A stretch of DNA of 64,000 nucleotides from Eubacteriales bacterium (GTDB taxonomy: Bacteria; Bacillota; Clostridia; Oscillospirales; CAG-382): contig JAZNMZ010000012.1 in the NCBI GenBank assembly GCA_045580005.1, positions 6,037 through 70,036 on the forward strand, read 5' to 3'. Below the pieces are notes generated by a model. That model saw only the letters and a program-made list of their open reading frames with translations. It made no database searches and had not been told where the DNA came from. Shown piece after piece: positions 59,955-64,000 of this stretch (positions are counted from its first letter, which is position 1; the number at the start of each line of letters is the position of its first letter). Both the position numbers and the translations under genes were made by a program.

Positions 59955-61055
59955 ATGAAAAAGAAAATCTGTCTTTTTCTTGCCGTCCCCCTTTTGTTCG
60001 GTACTATCGGATGCTCGCAGATGGCAGGCTATAACGGGCAAACCATTCAGGATACCGTCATACAACCGACAGCAGACGCCCTTCCCGAAGATAATAAAGA
60101 GCCCGAATATGTACTTCCCGAAGCAGTATTCACAGACTATGACAACACCGTTGCTATAAGAGTAGGCGGAATCAATGTGAGTCTTGCCGAATACAGGCAT
60201 TATTTTCTTGTGCACAAGAGGATTTTTGACGGCACAAACAGCAGCTTCTGGGTATACAACGAAGACAAGAAAACTCTCCTGTATGACAATGTGCTCAACG
60301 ACATAAAGCTCAATGCCGCAGACGATGCCCTGGCGCAGGTTCTTTCGGTGTCGCTCTCTGACGAACAAAGAAAAAGCCTTATCGACAACAGCATTAGCGA
60401 GGTAATCGCTCACTATAAAAATGCGCAGAACGCTTCTTTTGAGAGCGTTCTTGAGGAAAACTATCTCACCGACAGCCTTTACAGAAAACTGCAGGAAGAT
60501 ATTGCTCTCAAAAAAGTAATATACGACACACAGTATGCGCCGGGACAGCCTATGTGTAATGTCACCTACGAGCAGGTGCTCGAGTACATACACTCAAACT
60601 ACATAAGAGTGAAGCACATAATGCTCAAAACTGTCGATCTTGACACATCCGAGCGTGCTGTTGTACGCTCTCAGGTAGAGAAAATTCTCGAGCTTGCAGG
60701 AAAGGGCGAGGACTTTGACCTGCTCGTATCTCAGTATAACCAGGACTTGATGGACGCAGAGTCGGGATTTTATATCCTGCGAGGCGAGATGCCCGAGGAA
60801 TTTGAAAAAGCAGCTTTCGGTCTGTCTATAGGCGAAACAAGCGGTATTGTTGAAACAGCCTACGGCTATCACATAATAAGGCGCTACCCTGTTGACGAGG
60901 ACTTTGTGATAAACAGCGAGTCGCTTTTTGGAAAAGCAACCGACGATTTTTGCTACAGTGCTTTTGAGCGAGTGCTTCAGAGTACCGCCTCATCGCTTAC
61001 GACAGAGTATTCCCCTTATTTTTCGTATTATCTTGACCTTCTCTGGCAGGAATGA
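59955..61055 (+). CDS. Second PrsA-like parvulin lipoprotein (paralog)
   Basis: TIGC lipobox; IRVKHIML, MPEEFEKAAF, TAYGYHII. Confidence 0.88.
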   Translation: MKKKICLFLAVPLLFGTIGCSQMAGYNGQTIQDTVIQPTADALPEDNKEPEYVLPEAVFTDYDNTVAIRVGGINVSLAEYRHYFLVHKRIFDGTNSSFWVYNEDKKTLLYDNVLNDIKLNAADDALAQVLSVSLSDEQRKSLIDNSISEVIAHYKNAQNASFESVLEENYLTDSLYRKLQEDIALKKVIYDTQYAPGQPMCNVTYEQVLEYIHSNYIRVKHIMLKTVDLDTSERAVVRSQVEKILELAGKGEDFDLLVSQYNQDLMDAESGFYILRGEMPEEFEKAAFGLSIGETSGIVETAYGYHIIRRYPVDEDFVINSESLFGKATDDFCYSAFERVLQSTASSLTTEYSPYFSYYLDLLWQE

Positions 61056-61062
61056 TAAAAAC

Positions 61063-61133
61063 AAAGGACGGCATTGCCGTCCTTTTTGTGTGCAAAAAAA
61101 GACAGCTCGTACCCGAAAGTACAAGCTGTCTTT
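61063..61133. terminator. Back-to-back terminators for prsA2 (+) and rpsU (-)
   Basis: AAGGACGGCA/TGCCGTCCTT plus T-run; AAAGACAGCT..AGCTGTCTTT preceded by A-run. Confidence 0.82.
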
Positions 61134-61232
61134 AAATACTGCTGTTTTTAAGTCTATACGATAAATAAAATACTCCGATAATAGACAGGCGGATTCGGCA
61201 CGCCACATCCGCTTTGAAGTCTATCCGTAAGC

Positions 61233-61409
61233 TTACTTATACTTACGCTTACGAGCAGCTTCAGACTTCTTTTTACGCTTTACGCTTGGTTTTTCGTAGT
61301 GTTCTCTCTTACGGAGTTCAGTAAGTACGCCGCTTCTTGCACACTGTCTCTTGAATCTGCGAAGTGCGCTGTCGAGATTTTCACCGTCTTTGATTTTAAC
61401 TTCTGCCAT
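61233..61409 (-). CDS. rpsU: 30S ribosomal protein S21
   Basis: [32 protein letters not shown]; TTGACA-17-TATAAT at 61493-61465. Confidence 0.98.
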   Translation of the reverse strand: MAEVKIKDGENLDSALRRFKRQCARSGVLTELRKREHYEKPSVKRKKKSEAARKRKYK

Positions 61410-61520
61410 GTTTTCCCCTCCCTCCGCGTTAGGCAAAGAGATAAATTTTTTCGTGCTACAATATATTATATATCATAGTGTGCCTGTTGTCAAGCACTTT
61501 TCGAAAGAAATTTTCGTTTT

Positions 61521-63932
61521 TTATTTTACAACTATATTGATGAGCTTGTTGGGTACAAAGATTTCCTTTAAGATTTCCTTGCCATCAAGGAACTTGGAAA
61601 ATTCCTCGCTGCTCTTTACTGCCGCAAGTGCACTGTCCTTGTCGATGTCAAGAGGAAGCGAAATTTTTCCCTTGATTTTGCCGCAGAACTGCACACCGTA
61701 TTCGCATACAGAATCAACAGTCTTGGCTTCATCGTACTCAGGCCACTTTTCGAGCGAGCAAAGTGTATCGTGTCCGAGAGTTTCATGCCAGATTTCCTCA
61801 GCGAGGTGAGGAGCAAACGGGCAAAGAAGCTTTGTGAACACGCCAAGCTCGTCGCGAGTGAGGCTCTTGTGATCGTAAATATCGTTGATAAGACTCATCA
61901 TTGCGGCAATTGCTGTGTTGTGCTTGAGCTCCTCGATGTCGCCTGTAACTTTCTTGATTGTCTTGTGGAAAGCTGTTTCAAGCTCCGGAGTTACACCGTT
62001 TCCTGATACAATCTCGGTAAGGCCTGCAAATCTGTCGAGAAATCTCTTGCAGCCCTTTATGCTCTGGGATGACCAGGGAGCAGCCTTTTCGAAGTCGCCT
62101 ATAAACATCTCATAAAGGCGGAGTGTATCAGCGCCGTACTCGTTAACTATATCATCGGGATTTACAACATTGCCTCTTGATTTTGACATTTTCTCACCGT
62201 TTTCTCCGAGAATCATACCGTGAGATGTTCTCTTGCTGTACGGCTCGGGATTCTTGAGTATATCAATATCATAAAGAGCCTTTGCCCAGAAGCGTGAGTA
62301 GAGCAGGTGGAGTGTTGTATGCTCCATGCCACCGTTGTACCAGTCAACAGGCATCCAGTACTCGAGAGCCTCCTTTGAAGCAAGAGCCTTGTCGTTGTGA
62401 GGATCGCAGTAGCGCAGGAAGTACCATGACGAGCCTGCCCACTGAGGCATTGTGTCTGTTTCTCTCTGTGCCTTGCCACCACACTCGGGACAGGTGCACT
62501 GTACCCATGAATCGAGCTTTGCAAGAGGACTCTCGCCCTCGTCACCGGGCTCGTATGAGTCAACCTCGGGAAGTGTCAGAGGAAGCTCAGACTCAGGAAT
62601 TGCTACCCATCCGCACTTTTCGCAGTTTACAAGCGGAATAGGCTCGCCCCAGTATCTCTGTCTTGAGAATACCCAGTCACGCAGCTTGTAGTTTACCTTT
62701 GCCTCGCCAATACCCTTTTCTGTGAGCCATTCTGTTATCTTTTTCTTTGCGTCCTCAACGCTGAGACCTGTGAGGAAACCTGAATTTATGAGTGTGCCTG
62801 TGGCAACATCTGTAAATGCTTCTTTTTCAATATCTCCGCCGCCTACAACCTCGAGCATAGGAAGACCGAATTTTTTGGCAAACGCCCAGTCGCGGTCGTC
62901 GTGCGCAGGTACCGCCATAATTGCGCCTGTGCCGTATGTGATAAGTACATAGTCGGAAATGAAAATCGGAATTTCTCTGCCGTCAACGGGGTTTATTGCC
63001 ATAATTCCCTCGAGCTTTACGCCTGTTTTTTCTTTCTGGTCAGCAAGCTCGCTTCGCTCAAAGTCACTCTTTTTGGAGGCTTCGAGCTTATATGCGTTAA
63101 CCTCATCCATATTCTTTATCGAGGGCGTCCAGCTGTCGATAATCGGATGCTCGGGAGAAATAACCATATATGTTACGCCAAAGAGAGTATCGGGACGGGT
63201 AGTATATACCTTGAGGCTGTCGCCGAGAGTTGTGCCGAAGTTAACCTCAGCACCTGTCGAGCGGCCTATCCAGTTCTTCTGCTGAATCTTGACACGCTCT
63301 ATAAAGTCAACACTGTCAAGGTCGTCGATAAGTCTTTGTGCATACTCTGTAATCTTGAGCATCCACTGACTCTTTTCGCGTCTTATTACCTCGCTGCCGC
63401 AGCGCTCGCAAACACCGTCGACAACCTCCTCGTTTGCAAGAACGCACTTACAGGAGGTACACCAGTTAACAGCCATTTTCTTTTTATAAGCAAGGCCCTT
63501 TTTAAAAAGCTGGAGAAAAATCCACTGTGTCCACTTGTAGTACTCGGGAGATGTGGTATTGATTTCTCTCGACCAGTCAAACGAAAGACCGAGTGCCTGG
63601 AGCTGACTGCGGAATCTTGCAACATTGTTTTCTGTAACTATTGCAGGATGAATTTTGTTCTTTATTGCAAAGTTCTCTGTGGGAAGTCCGAATGCGTCCC
63701 AACCCATAGGATAAAGAACATTGTAGCCCTGCATTCTCTTTTTTCTTGCAACAATGTCAAGCGCTGTATAAGAGCGAGGGTGTCCTACATGGAGTCCCTG
63801 TCCCGAGGGATACGGGAACTCAACGAGAGGATAGAACTTGGGAAGTGTGTAATCTTCCTTTGCGTGGAATGCTCCCTTCGCCTCCCACTCGTCCTGCCAC
63901 TTTTTTTCAATCTGTTTGAAATCGTATTTCAT
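61521..63932 (-). CDS. leuS: Leucine-tRNA ligase
   Basis: [41 protein letters not shown]. Confidence 0.99.
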   Translation of the reverse strand: MKYDFKQIEKKWQDEWEAKGAFHAKEDYTLPKFYPLVEFPYPSGQGLHVGHPRSYTALDIVARKKRMQGYNVLYPMGWDAFGLPTENFAIKNKIHPAIVTENNVARFRSQLQALGLSFDWSREINTTSPEYYKWTQWIFLQLFKKGLAYKKKMAVNWCTSCKCVLANEEVVDGVCERCGSEVIRREKSQWMLKITEYAQRLIDDLDSVDFIERVKIQQKNWIGRSTGAEVNFGTTLGDSLKVYTTRPDTLFGVTYMVISPEHPIIDSWTPSIKNMDEVNAYKLEASKKSDFERSELADQKEKTGVKLEGIMAINPVDGREIPIFISDYVLITYGTGAIMAVPAHDDRDWAFAKKFGLPMLEVVGGGDIEKEAFTDVATGTLINSGFLTGLSVEDAKKKITEWLTEKGIGEAKVNYKLRDWVFSRQRYWGEPIPLVNCEKCGWVAIPESELPLTLPEVDSYEPGDEGESPLAKLDSWVQCTCPECGGKAQRETDTMPQWAGSSWYFLRYCDPHNDKALASKEALEYWMPVDWYNGGMEHTTLHLLYSRFWAKALYDIDILKNPEPYSKRTSHGMILGENGEKMSKSRGNVVNPDDIVNEYGADTLRLYEMFIGDFEKAAPWSSQSIKGCKRFLDRFAGLTEIVSGNGVTPELETAFHKTIKKVTGDIEELKHNTAIAAMMSLINDIYDHKSLTRDELGVFTKLLCPFAPHLAEEIWHETLGHDTLCSLEKWPEYDEAKTVDSVCEYGVQFCGKIKGKISLPLDIDKDSALAAVKSSEEFSKFLDGKEILKEIFVPNKLINIVVK

Positions 63933-63967
63933 TTATTATGCCCCTTTATATTATTGTCGGTTACTTT

Positions 63968-64000
63968 TTAGTCTTCTGTGGCTTCAAACTCAACGGGTGT
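63968..64000 (-). CDS. 3' end of an upstream gene (..TPVEFEATED*), possibly rsfS by synteny
   Basis: 10 sense codons plus TAA 35 nt before leuS; identity is inference only. Confidence 0.4.
   Translation of the reverse strand, partial: TPVEFEATED

Noticed and set aside
60990-61208. 72-aa minus ORF after rpsU
   Set aside because: Weak RBS; runs through two terminators into the convergent gene
63933-64000. Possible T-box upstream of leuS
   Set aside because: Only 35 nt to an upstream stop codon and no T-box motif visible
1-64000. Mobile elements, prophage, CRISPR arrays, defence systems, tRNA/rRNA
   Set aside because: No transposase, integrase, phage or Cas motifs, no spaced direct-repeat array and no tRNA/rRNA signature seen by eye

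Overview
Chromosomal, mostly housekeeping window from a spore-forming Clostridia-class Firmicute (inferred from gene order, the large Firmicute-type SRP RNA, a SAM-I riboswitch, remA and a SpoIIQ-like gene). I found no prophage, IS, CRISPR, rRNA or tRNA. Contents in order: murA 3' end; a 56-aa 2[4Fe-4S] ferredoxin missed by the ORF track; the minus-strand yicC-remA-gmk-rpoZ-priA-def-fmt-Zn peptidase-rsmB-rlmN-stp-pknB-rsgA-thiN operon (no coaBC or rpe), ending in a miniature Fe-S-less LeuC/aconitase homolog; an aminotransferase-DMT-MBL operon with a structured leader; SAM-I riboswitch-metK; orphan msmX; an orphan PduB-type microcompartment shell gene coupled to a radical SAM/SPASM gene; typA; a stand-alone anchored CBM6 protein; SRP RNA; tmcAL, cca, a PHP phosphatase and araC; fsa/tal; a chromate transporter pair; pgm; a DUF4091 hydrolase; rlmD; a 1329-aa secreted repeat protein; the tagA-thyX-tmk...mltG-U32 operon; a SpoIIQ-like M23 gene; LCP; two PrsA-like foldases; rpsU; leuS. 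Best leads: the orphan PduB/radical-SAM pair, the mini-LeuC pseudo-enzyme, an anti-Shine-Dalgarno hairpin guarding the SpoIIQ-like gene, a shared TGTGCAA motif upstream of carbohydrate/surface genes, and several unexplained RNA structures. All family assignments are by eye from motifs; no searches were run.
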